DNA of 36,600 nt from positions 1 to 36,600 of the IMG/VR virus record IMGVR_UViG_3300030097_000522. One strand, given 5' to 3'. Shown here piece by piece: positions 15,991 to 25,402 of the stretch. Position 1 is the stretch's first letter. Every line of letters begins with the position of its first letter. The notes beneath the pieces are model-generated. The model had not been told where the DNA came from, made no database searches, and saw nothing but the letters and a program-made list of their open reading frames with translations. The position numbers and the translations under genes were made by a program. This stretch comes from a virus. Taxonomy: Duplodnaviria > Caudoviricetes.

Positions 15991-17066
15991 GCGGCAAATT
16001 CACGATTGCCAAGGAACGGATCATCGACGATCTCGACGAGATCCTGTCCGAATTGTTCGACGCAAAGATGAAAGACCGCAAGGGCTCAAGCTGGTTCGTG
16101 GTCAACCCGTTCCGGCCCGGCGCCAAGGCCGGCCAGATGGCCGTTAGGATCAAAGGGCCGGCACGCGGTCAGTTCATCGATTTTGTTTCCGGCGAGAAGG
16201 GCGATGCGATCCAGCTTGTGGCCTATGGGCTGGAAGGCTCGACAGGCCGCGAGGCGCAGGCGCGCGCGGTGGAATGGGCCTTCGACAGGTTCGGGCTAGG
16301 CACGATCGACCATGGCCAGCGCGAACGCATTGCCGCCGAGGCAAGGGCGCGCCGATCGGCGGCCGAGGCGCAGGCAGAGCGAGATCTCGACGCCGCGCGG
16401 GAGCGGGCGCGCAAGACGTTTTTTTCCGCATCCGAAGGGATCCGCGGGACGCCGGTTGAAACCTATCTGGAGAGCCGCGGGATCCGGCTTGCTAAGCTGC
16501 CGGCGCTGCCGCCGGCCTTCCGGTACATGCCGCAGGCGGAATACTGGATGGACCCGGCGCGGCCGCGGTTCCCGGCGCTGATTTCGGCCATGGTGGACGG
16601 TACCGGCAGGCTTTGCGCCTGCCATTGGACATTTATCCGGCCGGACGGCAGCGGCAAGGCCGATGTCGAAAAGGCAAAGCTGATGTACCCGGCGACGAAT
16701 GGCCTTGTGATCCGGATCGCCAACGGGGCCGGCGGGCTTTCCCCGGAAAAGGCGGCCGAGGCAAAGCAGCCGGGATTGTGCGCGCTTCTGGAAGGGATCG
16801 AAGACGGGTTGAGCCTGGCCATGGAAAGGCACGACTTGCGGATCTGGGCGGCGGGATCGCTGCCGAGCCTTCTGACCGTGCCGGACCATGCGGCCGTCAG
16901 CGGCTGGCTTGGTTTCAAGGATAATGATTGGGGCAAGCCGCAGGCGGCGGCGCTTTACGAGCGCGCCATGAAGCGGCTCCGGCTCACACGCAAACCGGTG
17001 GCGACGATCGCCATTCCGGCCGATTGGGGAAAGGACATAAACGATGCAATCAACAGCCAGCAGTGA
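15987..17066 (+). CDS. DNA primase (Toprim)
   Basis: YLESRGI, HWTF, EGIEDGLS and DND motifs; ATGA start. Confidence 0.85.
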   Translation: MSGKFTIAKERIIDDLDEILSELFDAKMKDRKGSSWFVVNPFRPGAKAGQMAVRIKGPARGQFIDFVSGEKGDAIQLVAYGLEGSTGREAQARAVEWAFDRFGLGTIDHGQRERIAAEARARRSAAEAQAERDLDAARERARKTFFSASEGIRGTPVETYLESRGIRLAKLPALPPAFRYMPQAEYWMDPARPRFPALISAMVDGTGRLCACHWTFIRPDGSGKADVEKAKLMYPATNGLVIRIANGAGGLSPEKAAEAKQPGLCALLEGIEDGLSLAMERHDLRIWAAGSLPSLLTVPDHAAVSGWLGFKDNDWGKPQAAALYERAMKRLRLTRKPVATIAIPADWGKDINDAINSQQ

Positions 17067-17073
17067 GACAGCC

Positions 17074-17745
17074 GTGAACGCGGCGGAACTGACAGCCGAC
17101 GAGATCCTGATCTTGCGAGATACCGACGAGGTGGCCAGCGCGGTGGCGCACCTTGCCGCCGCGCGGCTCTATGCGCTGATGACGAGTGACGCGGAAGAAC
17201 CAGGCGTCGATTTCGGATGGTTCGATCGTCTCGGAGAGTTCGCGAACATGCCGGACGCTCCGGAGGAACAGAAAGCGCGGCATCAGCAGGTGCAACAGCG
17301 GATATTTCGTCTTGCCGCCTATGTGCGCGGCAGAGATCTGCAGTCGACCGAGACGCTCTATCGCCACGATGGTGGCAGGGACTGGCCGAACGAGACCGAA
17401 CCTTACCGGCAGGCGCTTGAGGTTTTCCGCCTGACCGCGCTTTCCGTGGCTTCAGGGATGGAGACGAGGCGCGCCGCCCTTGCCGACATCGAGCGGCAGG
17501 AGATCGCCAAGAAACAGGCCAAGCCGCTGAAACTGGAAGACAGCATTTTCGAGCCCGAGGACAAAATGGGCGACCTGCTGCCGCATGCGGTTCAGGCCGA
17601 CCAAGACGCCGCCAAGGCGAGGCGCAAGGCAGAGCAGGAGACAGAGGCAGAGACGCCGGCGGCTATGTCTGTCGGCGAGCCGCCTGCAGGGCACCAGAAG
17701 GCCAAGACGCAGCGAAAAACGCAGAAGCCGAAAAAATCAAACTGA
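17074..17745 (+). CDS. Hypothetical protein in the replication module
   Basis: Fills the primase-helicase gap; start codon uncertain. Confidence 0.65.
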   Translation: MNAAELTADEILILRDTDEVASAVAHLAAARLYALMTSDAEEPGVDFGWFDRLGEFANMPDAPEEQKARHQQVQQRIFRLAAYVRGRDLQSTETLYRHDGGRDWPNETEPYRQALEVFRLTALSVASGMETRRAALADIERQEIAKKQAKPLKLEDSIFEPEDKMGDLLPHAVQADQDAAKARRKAEQETEAETPAAMSVGEPPAGHQKAKTQRKTQKPKKSN

Positions 17746-17813
17746 AAGTGTCCGGACATTTGTCAACCGAAGGGGCGATTTTGCCCCTTCGGAACGGGGT
17801 GAAGTGAAAAAAA

Positions 17814-19745
17814 ATGTCAAAAGCCGATTATGACCCGTTCAACGCCCGCGAAGCAAAGGGCAACAAGCCACGCGCCGGAGGTGGCCGCGTGGCGGCGCTG
17901 TCCTCGCTGGCCGAGCAGAAAATGGCCGTGGATGCGGCGCGGCGCGATCAGCTATGGCCGAAACCCGGCGGCAAAGTGGAAGGCGTCGGCCCTGGCGCAT
18001 GGCGCGAGGATTACGCGCTCGATGACACCGGCTGCCTGCCCGACAATTGCCCGGTGCGCCCGCTTGGCTTTGACGGCGAGCAATACTACCTCGTCGACAC
18101 GTCCGGCCAGATCTTCAACACCGGGACCGCATCCATGGGCGTGGAGCGGATCCAGAAGCTTTTCGCAGGCCACGAGGATTTTCTGTGCTGGTGCTGGCCG
18201 GCGTTTTCCCGCGACGGCAAGCGCGTGACCGGTTTCAAGGCCGAGGAAGTACGGCGCGACCTCTATGCAGCCTGCCGGGCGCGCGGCAATTTCTCCATGA
18301 CGGACATGGTGCGCGGCCGCGGGGCCTGGCGCGATGATGACGGCCGGCTGATCCTGCATTGTGGCGGTTATCTCTGGTATGACGGCCGGCTGCAGGACAC
18401 GGGCGAAGTGGGAACGCATTTTTATGTGCGGCGGCCGGGATCGCTGGTGCCCTGGGGCGAGCCGGTGAAACCCGAGGACAACCCGGCCGTGGAAATCATC
18501 AAGGCGCTTCGCACGTGGAATTTCGAGCGCGGCGATATCGACAGCCTGATGGTGCTGGGCTGGATAGGCGTTGCGATGATGGGCGCCGCGCTGGAATGGC
18601 GACCGAGCGTGTTTGTGGTGGCGGATGCGGGCTCCGGCAAATCGCAGCTGGTCGGCAAATCCGGCCTGTTGCGCTCGATCCTGGGCCGCTCGATGGTGGC
18701 GACGACGAATGCATCCGAAGCCGGGCTTTATCAGCTCGTCGGGCACGACAGCCTGCCGATCGCGATCGACGAAATGGAAGGTGAGGACGGGCCGGAGCAG
18801 GCGCAGAAGATCATCAAGATGGCGCGCGATGCGGCATCCGGATCTGTCAGGATCCGCGGCGGCGCGGACCACAAGGGCGTCGAGTTTCAGGCGCAATCGG
18901 CATTCCTGTTTTCCGCCATCAACCCGCCGCCGTTGCCGCCGGCCAGCCTGACCAGGCTTGCAATCATCCAGATCAACAAGTTCAAGGGCGACCCAGGAAC
19001 CCCGCCCGAGCTGATGGCCGCCGAGACTGTCGGGCCGCGGCTTTTGCGCCGCGTGGCGGACGGCTGGGCTGATTTCCCGCGGATTTATGAGAACTACCGC
19101 ACGGAGTTGCGCCAGATAGGCGGGCACGACAGCCGCGGGCAGAACACATTCGGCACTTTCCTGGCCTGCGCGCACCTGCTGCTAGGCGATGAAGGGCTGG
19201 AGGCGCTGGGGCTGCCGTTCGAAACCCTTGACTGGTACGCGGAGCAGCTGCGCGCCGATCTGCTGCCGGAGCTGGCCGACAAAAAGGAAAGCTGGGAGTT
19301 GTTCATTCAGCTGCTGCTGACATCGCCGATCGACGCCATCCAGGAGCATGGCCAGCGGCTGACCGTGGCGCAGGTGATAGAGAACAGCTACGGCGGCGGC
19401 GAACCATGGAGCGACGAGAAGGTAGCCAGATATCTGGCCGCGGCCGGACTGGGATGGATCAACCGACGCGACGAAAAGCTCGGCGGATGGCTGGCCGTGC
19501 CCAACCAGAGCCGCGTCATCGGCAAGATGATGGCCGACACGCCATTCGGCGACCGGTCAGGAAACGGAAACTGGCGCTTTGCGCTCAGTCGAGGGATGGA
19601 CGCTGGCATTGTGCACAAGACGCTTCCGGCGGGCGTGGGCGGGCGCAAGAGCGAGGGAAACCGCGTGACTGTGGCCGGCAACCAAGAGCGTTGTCTGTTC
19701 ATCAACCTGCCGGCATGGCGCAAGCACGCGAGCGGCGAGGACTAA
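17814..19745 (+). CDS. Replicative helicase-like P-loop ATPase
   Basis: Walker A ADAGSGKS and Walker B IAIDE; lies between primase and ori. Confidence 0.8.
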   Translation: MSKADYDPFNAREAKGNKPRAGGGRVAALSSLAEQKMAVDAARRDQLWPKPGGKVEGVGPGAWREDYALDDTGCLPDNCPVRPLGFDGEQYYLVDTSGQIFNTGTASMGVERIQKLFAGHEDFLCWCWPAFSRDGKRVTGFKAEEVRRDLYAACRARGNFSMTDMVRGRGAWRDDDGRLILHCGGYLWYDGRLQDTGEVGTHFYVRRPGSLVPWGEPVKPEDNPAVEIIKALRTWNFERGDIDSLMVLGWIGVAMMGAALEWRPSVFVVADAGSGKSQLVGKSGLLRSILGRSMVATTNASEAGLYQLVGHDSLPIAIDEMEGEDGPEQAQKIIKMARDAASGSVRIRGGADHKGVEFQAQSAFLFSAINPPPLPPASLTRLAIIQINKFKGDPGTPPELMAAETVGPRLLRRVADGWADFPRIYENYRTELRQIGGHDSRGQNTFGTFLACAHLLLGDEGLEALGLPFETLDWYAEQLRADLLPELADKKESWELFIQLLLTSPIDAIQEHGQRLTVAQVIENSYGGGEPWSDEKVARYLAAAGLGWINRRDEKLGGWLAVPNQSRVIGKMMADTPFGDRSGNGNWRFALSRGMDAGIVHKTLPAGVGGRKSEGNRVTVAGNQERCLFINLPAWRKHASGED

Positions 19746-19832
19746 ACCCATGCGAGCGCGCCCACCGCCAAACCGCCCGATTTTGCAGGGGAAAACCCGC
19801 ACCCCCACCCTTTCGCATGCGCGAAGCAGCGC

Positions 19833-19861
19833 GGTTGACCACCGCCGGGCTGCTTTATCGT
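19833..19861 (+). promoter_or_regulatory. Putative late promoter, TTGACC-N15-TATCGT
   Basis: Same geometry as the other four copies; upstream of terS. Confidence 0.5.
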
Positions 19862-19890
19862 CAACCTATGGCAGCGGTCTGTCGGTGCCG

Positions 19891-20161
19891 CGATTAGACA
19901 GCAAAGACAGTTGGAATTTTCGCTGTCTAATCGATCGAGCCTCGCAAGGTGTTGATATCATTCCGATTTCGGCAGCGGCAGACACTCTAGACAGATTAGA
20001 CAGCAAATCGGGCCTCATATGTATGCACACACGCGCACACATAAACAAACAACTGTCTAATCTGTCTAGAGTGTCTTTTAATAAGGTAAATGGTTGAAAT
20101 GGTTGATTTTTTCAAAAGACAATCGCCAAGACACCCGCAAGACACTTCCCGCTTGCTGTCT
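19891..20161. repeat. Putative replication origin with AGACA iterons in inverted repeats
   Basis: 24-bp perfect IR at 19980-20003/20053-20076; 12-bp IR at 19891-19902/19922-19933; AT-rich; IHF-like box; directly after the helicase. Confidence 0.7.
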
Positions 20162-20186
20162 GCAATAAAATATTCGGGGTTATTCC

Positions 20187-20789
20187 ATGGCTGATGATCC
20201 GGACCTGTTTGAGGATGGTTCAGGGGATTGGGATTGGCACGCCGATGCGGCGGCCGCGCGGGCCGGGCAGCGCGGGATCCGCAACAAGATGCGGAAGCGC
20301 AAGGGCCTTGAGCCGGAGCCCGAGGGCGACCAGGGCGAGGAAAAGCGCGGGCCGGGACGCCCGAAGGGATCGCCGAACCGCAAATCGGTCGCGTTCGAGA
20401 AGCTTTACGCTGCCAAGGGCTTCAAGGATCCGCTGATGGTCATGGGGCAATTCATCACCATGAGCCCGCTGGAGCTTCAAGCCTGGCTGATCGAGAACGA
20501 AATGGCCGAGGTCCAGAGCGGCAAGACCAGGCAGCCGGCGCTGGCGCAGCTGATCGAGATCATCAAGGAACAGCACAAGGTCGCCAGCGACCTGGCGCCG
20601 TACCTGCACGGCAAGAAGCCGACCGAGATCCAGATCATAGACGAGCGGCTGCCGCAGCTGATCATCGACCTGGGCACGGATCAGCTGACCGAAGCGCGCG
20701 CGATTGCGGCCGGCAAGGCGCTTTCAGCCGGATCGCCTATTGAGGAAGCCGAGTACAGCGAAATCAAGGACTTAGAGGGCGAGGAATGA
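20187..20789 (+). CDS. terS: Terminase small subunit (putative)
   Basis: GRPKGSPNRKS motif and LAPYLHGK; upstream of terL. Confidence 0.65.
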   Translation: MADDPDLFEDGSGDWDWHADAAAARAGQRGIRNKMRKRKGLEPEPEGDQGEEKRGPGRPKGSPNRKSVAFEKLYAAKGFKDPLMVMGQFITMSPLELQAWLIENEMAEVQSGKTRQPALAQLIEIIKEQHKVASDLAPYLHGKKPTEIQIIDERLPQLIIDLGTDQLTEARAIAAGKALSAGSPIEEAEYSEIKDLEGEE

Positions 20790-21146
20790 TTGCGTCTCAC
20801 GTTGCAGCGTCTCACGGCGCAGGAAAGCCAAGCGATTTCAAAGGCATCAGGCATGCGGCAGCGATGATTGAAAATCAGCGGGTCCAAGGTCGCGGGGCGA
20901 TCGGGTGGATGGCAGGCGCGCGGCCCGTATCGCCGGCAGGGGGGCGCGCGATCGCGCGCGGCCATGGCCGGCGGGGGCCTTCCCCGAAGCCGGCCCCCCG
21001 CCTCCCCATAGGGGGCAGCGCACGCACACCGATGCTGTTTTCAGCCCGGCAGGCTTCGGAGAGAGCCGCTTGTGCGCGAACTCCCGTGGCCGGCCCGAGG
21101 GTCGGGGGTGCGGGTATGCCTGCACACGCGCTTTTCCCGTCTCATG
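20762..21146 (+). other. Second att-like site (IHF box, arm motifs, core half-site)
   Basis: AATCAAGGACTTA at 20762; GCGTCTCACG at 20792 and 20807; AATCAGCGGGTCCA at 20873-20886, identical to 6311-6324; CGTCTCATG at 21138. Confidence 0.65.
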
Positions 21147-21172
21147 AAGGGGTCGGGGGCGCGAGGCCATGA
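20786..21172 (+). CDS. Possible linker ORF between terS and terL
   Basis: ATGA overlaps with both the terS stop and the terL start; low-complexity product. Confidence 0.3.
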   Translation: MIASHVAASHGAGKPSDFKGIRHAAAMIENQRVQGRGAIGWMAGARPVSPAGGRAIARGHGRRGPSPKPAPRLPIGGSARTPMLFSARQASERAACARTPVAGPRVGGAGMPAHALFPSHEGVGGARP

Positions 21173-22854
21173 ACAAGCCGGTCAACGTTACCAAGGAAGA
21201 TTTCGAGCTGATCGACGAGCAGCGCATCCGCGAACTGGCGCACAAGTACGAGATCGAGGAAGATTTCGATATCTACCGCTATGTGCCGCCGGGACCGGTG
21301 GCGCTGGGCTATATCCGCCTGCTTGCCGGCTCGTCGTTCATCATGGGGCCGGTGGGCTCCGGCAAGACCACCGCGTCGGCGTTCAAGCGCATTCATGCCG
21401 CCAGCGCAGCGCCGGTGGCCTGGCACCCCGAGGACCGCAAGCCCACGCGCATGTGCCGCTGGATCGTGTTGCGCGACAGCTTCCGATCGGCCGAAAAGAC
21501 CGTGCTGGAAAGCTGGAAACAATGGTTCCCGAAAGGCTATCCCGGTTCGAGCTGGGCCGGCGGCAATGATCGCCCGGTAACGCACATATTGCGGTTTCGC
21601 GGGCAGGACGGCGTGCGCGTCGAGGCGATCACCGAGTTTGCCGGCCTGGGCGAGAACTCGATCGAGACGCTGATGAAGGGCCGCGAATATTCCGGCGGCT
21701 GGCTCAACGAGTTCGACACCCATGCCGAGGGCGCGCTCGAAGACATGGAGCAGCGCGTCGGCCGTTACCCGATGGCCGACAGCCTGCTGACAGTCAGGGA
21801 ACTTGAGGAACTTTCGCGCGAGCTGGGCCACGTGATCCAGTCCGGACAGCGCAAGGCGCTGGTGATCGGTGACCTCAATGCCCCGACACTCGACAATCAC
21901 GCCTACAAGACCCTTGTGACGAACATCCACAAGACACCGGACCGGGCATTCTTCCGCCAGCCGTCCGGCCTGTCCGAAGAGGCCGAAAACCGCCACAAGC
22001 TGGAGCCCGATTATTACGATCGGCTGGTTCGCAACCAGGATCCCAGCTTCGTGATGCGGATGGTCGAAAACAAGTTCGGCTATTCGCGATCGGGCAAGCC
22101 TGTCTATGAGGGGTTCGAACGAAGCCGGCACGTCGCGCCGCGCGAAATCGGGTTCGATCCAAAGCTCGAACTGATCATCGCCATCGACGTGTCGATGAAC
22201 ACGCTCAATCCGGCCGCCACCTTCCTGCAGGTGAAGGCGCCGGGCCGCATCGCGGTGATCGACGAGCTCTATCTTGGCCACGGCGTTGGCGCCGCGCGCT
22301 TCGGCGAGGCGCTGAAACAGCGGATCGATGAGCGCTATGCGGATGCGATCAAGATCCGCGTGTTTGCCGACCCGGCCGCGCAGTATGGCGCAGACAAGGA
22401 AGGCGGCCAGCTGACCGCGCTGGAGACGATCGCGATCATCCTGGGCCTGCCGCTGTTGATCCCGGCCGGCGGCTCCAACGAGCTGGGCGGGCGGCTCGAT
22501 GCGGTCAAGGCAGAATTGCGCGGATACCTTGAGCCGAACACGCACTTGATCATCTGCCCGGTCCGCTGCCCCTTCCTGATCGAAGGGTTCGAAGGCAAAT
22601 ACCGGTACAAGCGCAGGCCCGAGCGATCATCCGCCGAGTACGAGGACGCGCCGGAGAAAAGCCATCCCCATTCCGACATTCACGACAGCCTGCAATATGG
22701 CGTGCAGGGCGTGCGCGGCCGTGTAGGCTCATTGCGAAACGCCGCCGGCGCCGATCGGGCGCCCGGAAGCGGCAGCAAATCATCTGGCTGGGGCGGCAAG
22801 AGCGGCAAGGCGGGAAGCGGGGGGTTCGACGTTCACCGCGTCGGGCGCAAATGA
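21169..22854 (+). CDS. terL: Terminase large subunit
   Basis: GPVGSGKTT Walker A, WLNE Walker B, DLNAP coupling motif, nuclease IAID...SDIHDSLQY. Confidence 0.9.
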   Translation: MNKPVNVTKEDFELIDEQRIRELAHKYEIEEDFDIYRYVPPGPVALGYIRLLAGSSFIMGPVGSGKTTASAFKRIHAASAAPVAWHPEDRKPTRMCRWIVLRDSFRSAEKTVLESWKQWFPKGYPGSSWAGGNDRPVTHILRFRGQDGVRVEAITEFAGLGENSIETLMKGREYSGGWLNEFDTHAEGALEDMEQRVGRYPMADSLLTVRELEELSRELGHVIQSGQRKALVIGDLNAPTLDNHAYKTLVTNIHKTPDRAFFRQPSGLSEEAENRHKLEPDYYDRLVRNQDPSFVMRMVENKFGYSRSGKPVYEGFERSRHVAPREIGFDPKLELIIAIDVSMNTLNPAATFLQVKAPGRIAVIDELYLGHGVGAARFGEALKQRIDERYADAIKIRVFADPAAQYGADKEGGQLTALETIAIILGLPLLIPAGGSNELGGRLDAVKAELRGYLEPNTHLIICPVRCPFLIEGFEGKYRYKRRPERSSAEYEDAPEKSHPHSDIHDSLQYGVQGVRGRVGSLRNAAGADRAPGSGSKSSGWGGKSGKAGSGGFDVHRVGRK

Positions 22855-23243
22855 ACGGGCTCGATATCCGCTCACCGGCAACGATCTTCGACATGGCCGA
22901 ATATGGCGGCGCGCGCACGGCGCTGCAGTGGGCGATCGTCAAGGAAATGCACGCGGGCGGCCATAGCTGGCTCGTGCGGCGAGGCGAGACGGTGCTGGGG
23001 CTTTTTGGCGTCTATCCGGTCGACGAGCACACCGGCGAAGCATGGTTCAACGTCCGTCCCGCCGCGTCAACCTCGACGCTTCGCCTGCTTCGCGCCATCA
23101 GGTTGACGCTGCACGATCTGCCATATCGTGAAATCCTGACAATCTGCATCACGCCGGAGGGCGCCCGCGTGGCGGCCGCGGCAGGGTTCAAGCGCGATGC
23201 GCCGTGCGACATGGGAGAAATCTGGAAATGGTACAGTTGCTAG
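22851..23243 (+). CDS. GNAT-fold-like phage protein
   Basis: VLGLFGV...GEAWF...AAAAGF pattern. Confidence 0.55.
   Translation: MNGLDIRSPATIFDMAEYGGARTALQWAIVKEMHAGGHSWLVRRGETVLGLFGVYPVDEHTGEAWFNVRPAASTSTLRLLRAIRLTLHDLPYREILTICITPEGARVAAAAGFKRDAPCDMGEIWKWYSC
23101..23129 (+). promoter_or_regulatory. Putative late promoter, TTGACG-N15-TATCGT (intragenic, upstream of the portal unit)
   Basis: Same geometry as the other copies. Confidence 0.5.
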
Positions 23244-23431
23244 GCATGAAGAAATCCAGTGGTTCATCCGACCTTGCCGCACAGCAGGCCGAGCAGCAGC
23301 AGCGCCGCAGCCTGGCGGAACTCGCCAAGCAGCAGGGCGATGTCGACCAGGCCGCGGCCACCGGCAAACGCAGCAAGGGCCGCGGGCTTCTCACGTTCCT
23401 TTCCGGCGCCGGCGACAGCACGTTCGGCTGA
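23228..23431 (+). CDS. Small virion-associated protein preceding the portal
   Basis: GGAGA RBS; TGATG coupling; KGRGLL motif. Confidence 0.6.
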   Translation: MVQLLGMKKSSGSSDLAAQQAEQQQRRSLAELAKQQGDVDQAAATGKRSKGRGLLTFLSGAGDSTFG

Positions 23432-24996
23432 TGTTTACACCCGCCAATCTCAAACCGAGGCGCGCGGCCGCGCAAAAGGAACGCGATGCGGTCCAGCCGA
23501 TGCTGGACGATATCTATCGTTTCGTGCTGCCGTTCCGAAAGACCACCCGCCACACCGGCGAGGGCGAGGCCCGCGTCGACCAGGTGTTCGATCATACCGC
23601 GATCGACAGCGCGTTCCGCTTCGCCGGCAAGATCCAGCAGGATCTCTGGCCGGCCGGGCAGGAAAATTTCGGGCTCGAGCCCGGTCCGCTGGTGCGCGAT
23701 CAGCGCCAGCGCGAGGCTATGGCGGCGCCGCTTGAAGCCGTGACCCAGATTGCCCAGGCGTTTTTCGATGATGGCGATTGGGATATGGCGTTTCACGAAA
23801 TGGCGCTGGATCTCGTCGCAGGCACGGGCGCGATCCTGATGAACGGGCCGGACGCGCGCGATCCTGACAAGCTGTGGGATCCGATTTCGGTTCCGATCGA
23901 GGAACTGTTGCTTGAGAGCGGACCCAACAACAAGATTTCCGGGATCTTCTGGACGCGCAAGATGAGCGTGCGCGTTCTCAGCGAAACATGGCCGGAGGCG
24001 AAGCTTGGTAAAGCGCTGTCCGACATGCTCAAGGACAAGCCCGAAAGCATGATCGACGTTCACGTCGACACGGTTTTCGACCTCAAGGCGCGGCGCTGGA
24101 GAATGCTGGTCTGGTGCGACAAGCAGGACGATCTCATTTTCCAAAGCCAGTCCCGCACATGCCCCTGGCTCACACCGCGCTATCACCGGCTGACCGGCGA
24201 AACCATGGGCCGCGGCGTGGCGCACCTTGCAATGCCGACGATCAAGACCGCGAACACGGCCGCACGGCTGCAGCTGCAGGCCGCCGCAATCGCCATGCTG
24301 GGAATTTACACTGCCGTTGATGACGGCGTGTTCAACCCCGATCTGTCGCCGCTTGAGCCCGGCATTTTCTGGAAAGTCGCGCGCAATGGCGGCCCGATGG
24401 GGCCATCGGTTTCGCGCTTCCCCGATCCGCGGCTCGACCTCTCCAACCTTGTGCTCAAAGAAATGCAGATGGGCGTCAAGGCAACGATGATGGACCAGGC
24501 GTTGCCGCCAGATGCCGCATCGGTACGATCGGCGACCGAAATCCTCGAACGGGTCAAGCGGCTGGCGTCCGACCACCTGGGCGCCTATGGCCGGCTGGTC
24601 AAGGAAATCATCATTCCCGCGGTCAAGCGGGTTCTCGAACTGGCCTATGATCGCGGGCTGCTGCCCAACGAGGTGGCGATCGACCAGCTTCTTGTTTCCG
24701 TTCGCGTCAAGAGCCCCATCGCGCTCGCCCGCGAGGCGCAGCGCGTTCAGAAGATCGTCGAATGGCTGGAGATGGTTTTTGCCATCGCGATCCAGACAGG
24801 CAATCCGCAATCGGCGCAGCGCGTGGCAAAGGTCGAGGACGCGCTGACAGAGATCGGGCGTGCGCTTGGCGTGCCATCACAATTCATCGTCACGGCAGCG
24901 GAGCGCAAGGCGATGGATGAGCAGGAAGCCGAGAAGGCAGCCGCCATGGCTGCAATGGCGGCTGCCGCAGGCATGGCCGGAGATCAGGCCGCCTGA
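23431..24996 (+). CDS. Portal (T7-like head-tail connector)
   Basis: VFDHTA, GETMGRG, RSATEILER and KSPIA motifs. Confidence 0.92.
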   Translation: MFTPANLKPRRAAAQKERDAVQPMLDDIYRFVLPFRKTTRHTGEGEARVDQVFDHTAIDSAFRFAGKIQQDLWPAGQENFGLEPGPLVRDQRQREAMAAPLEAVTQIAQAFFDDGDWDMAFHEMALDLVAGTGAILMNGPDARDPDKLWDPISVPIEELLLESGPNNKISGIFWTRKMSVRVLSETWPEAKLGKALSDMLKDKPESMIDVHVDTVFDLKARRWRMLVWCDKQDDLIFQSQSRTCPWLTPRYHRLTGETMGRGVAHLAMPTIKTANTAARLQLQAAAIAMLGIYTAVDDGVFNPDLSPLEPGIFWKVARNGGPMGPSVSRFPDPRLDLSNLVLKEMQMGVKATMMDQALPPDAASVRSATEILERVKRLASDHLGAYGRLVKEIIIPAVKRVLELAYDRGLLPNEVAIDQLLVSVRVKSPIALAREAQRVQKIVEWLEMVFAIAIQTGNPQSAQRVAKVEDALTEIGRALGVPSQFIVTAAERKAMDEQEAEKAAAMAAMAAAAGMAGDQAA

Positions 24997-25022
24997 CAGA
25001 CGTGAAACAGGGAAGACGTGAC

Positions 25023-25385
25023 ATGCAACCGAACTCAATTGAAGAGATTATTTCCGGCGCGGGATCGGCCGGCTGGGACTGGTTCGAGCAGGCGCCGCAG
25101 GCGGTGCGCGACCAGTTCCAGAAACGCCAGCAGCTTGCCGCCGAGGACGCCCGCGCAGTCGGCCGGGCCTGGGCGGAATTCTACAATACGCCCGGCGGGC
25201 GCAAGGCGCTCGACCACATGTTCGACACGACGCTTCGGCGGACCGTGTATTTCGCCACCATGGGCGTGGACATGGCGTCGATGGCAACGTTCGGTGCTTT
25301 CCGCGAAGGCCAGAACGCGCTGGCGCACGAGATTGCCAGGCAGATCAATATTGGCCTGGCCGAAGAAGCCAAACCGAGAGACTGA
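25023..25385 (+). CDS. Bbp19-like phage protein
   Basis: FYNTPGGRKALDHM...AFREGQN; between portal and scaffold. Confidence 0.7.
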   Translation: MQPNSIEEIISGAGSAGWDWFEQAPQAVRDQFQKRQQLAAEDARAVGRAWAEFYNTPGGRKALDHMFDTTLRRTVYFATMGVDMASMATFGAFREGQNALAHEIARQINIGLAEEAKPRD

Positions 25386-25402
25386 AACCGAAAGGACGTG
25401 AT

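Noticed and set aside
17749-17792. TGTCCGGACA palindrome, minus-strand GGTTGACA and a hairpin before the helicase
   Set aside because: No -10 at the 15-bp spacing and no U-tract; may be regulatory but cannot be assigned
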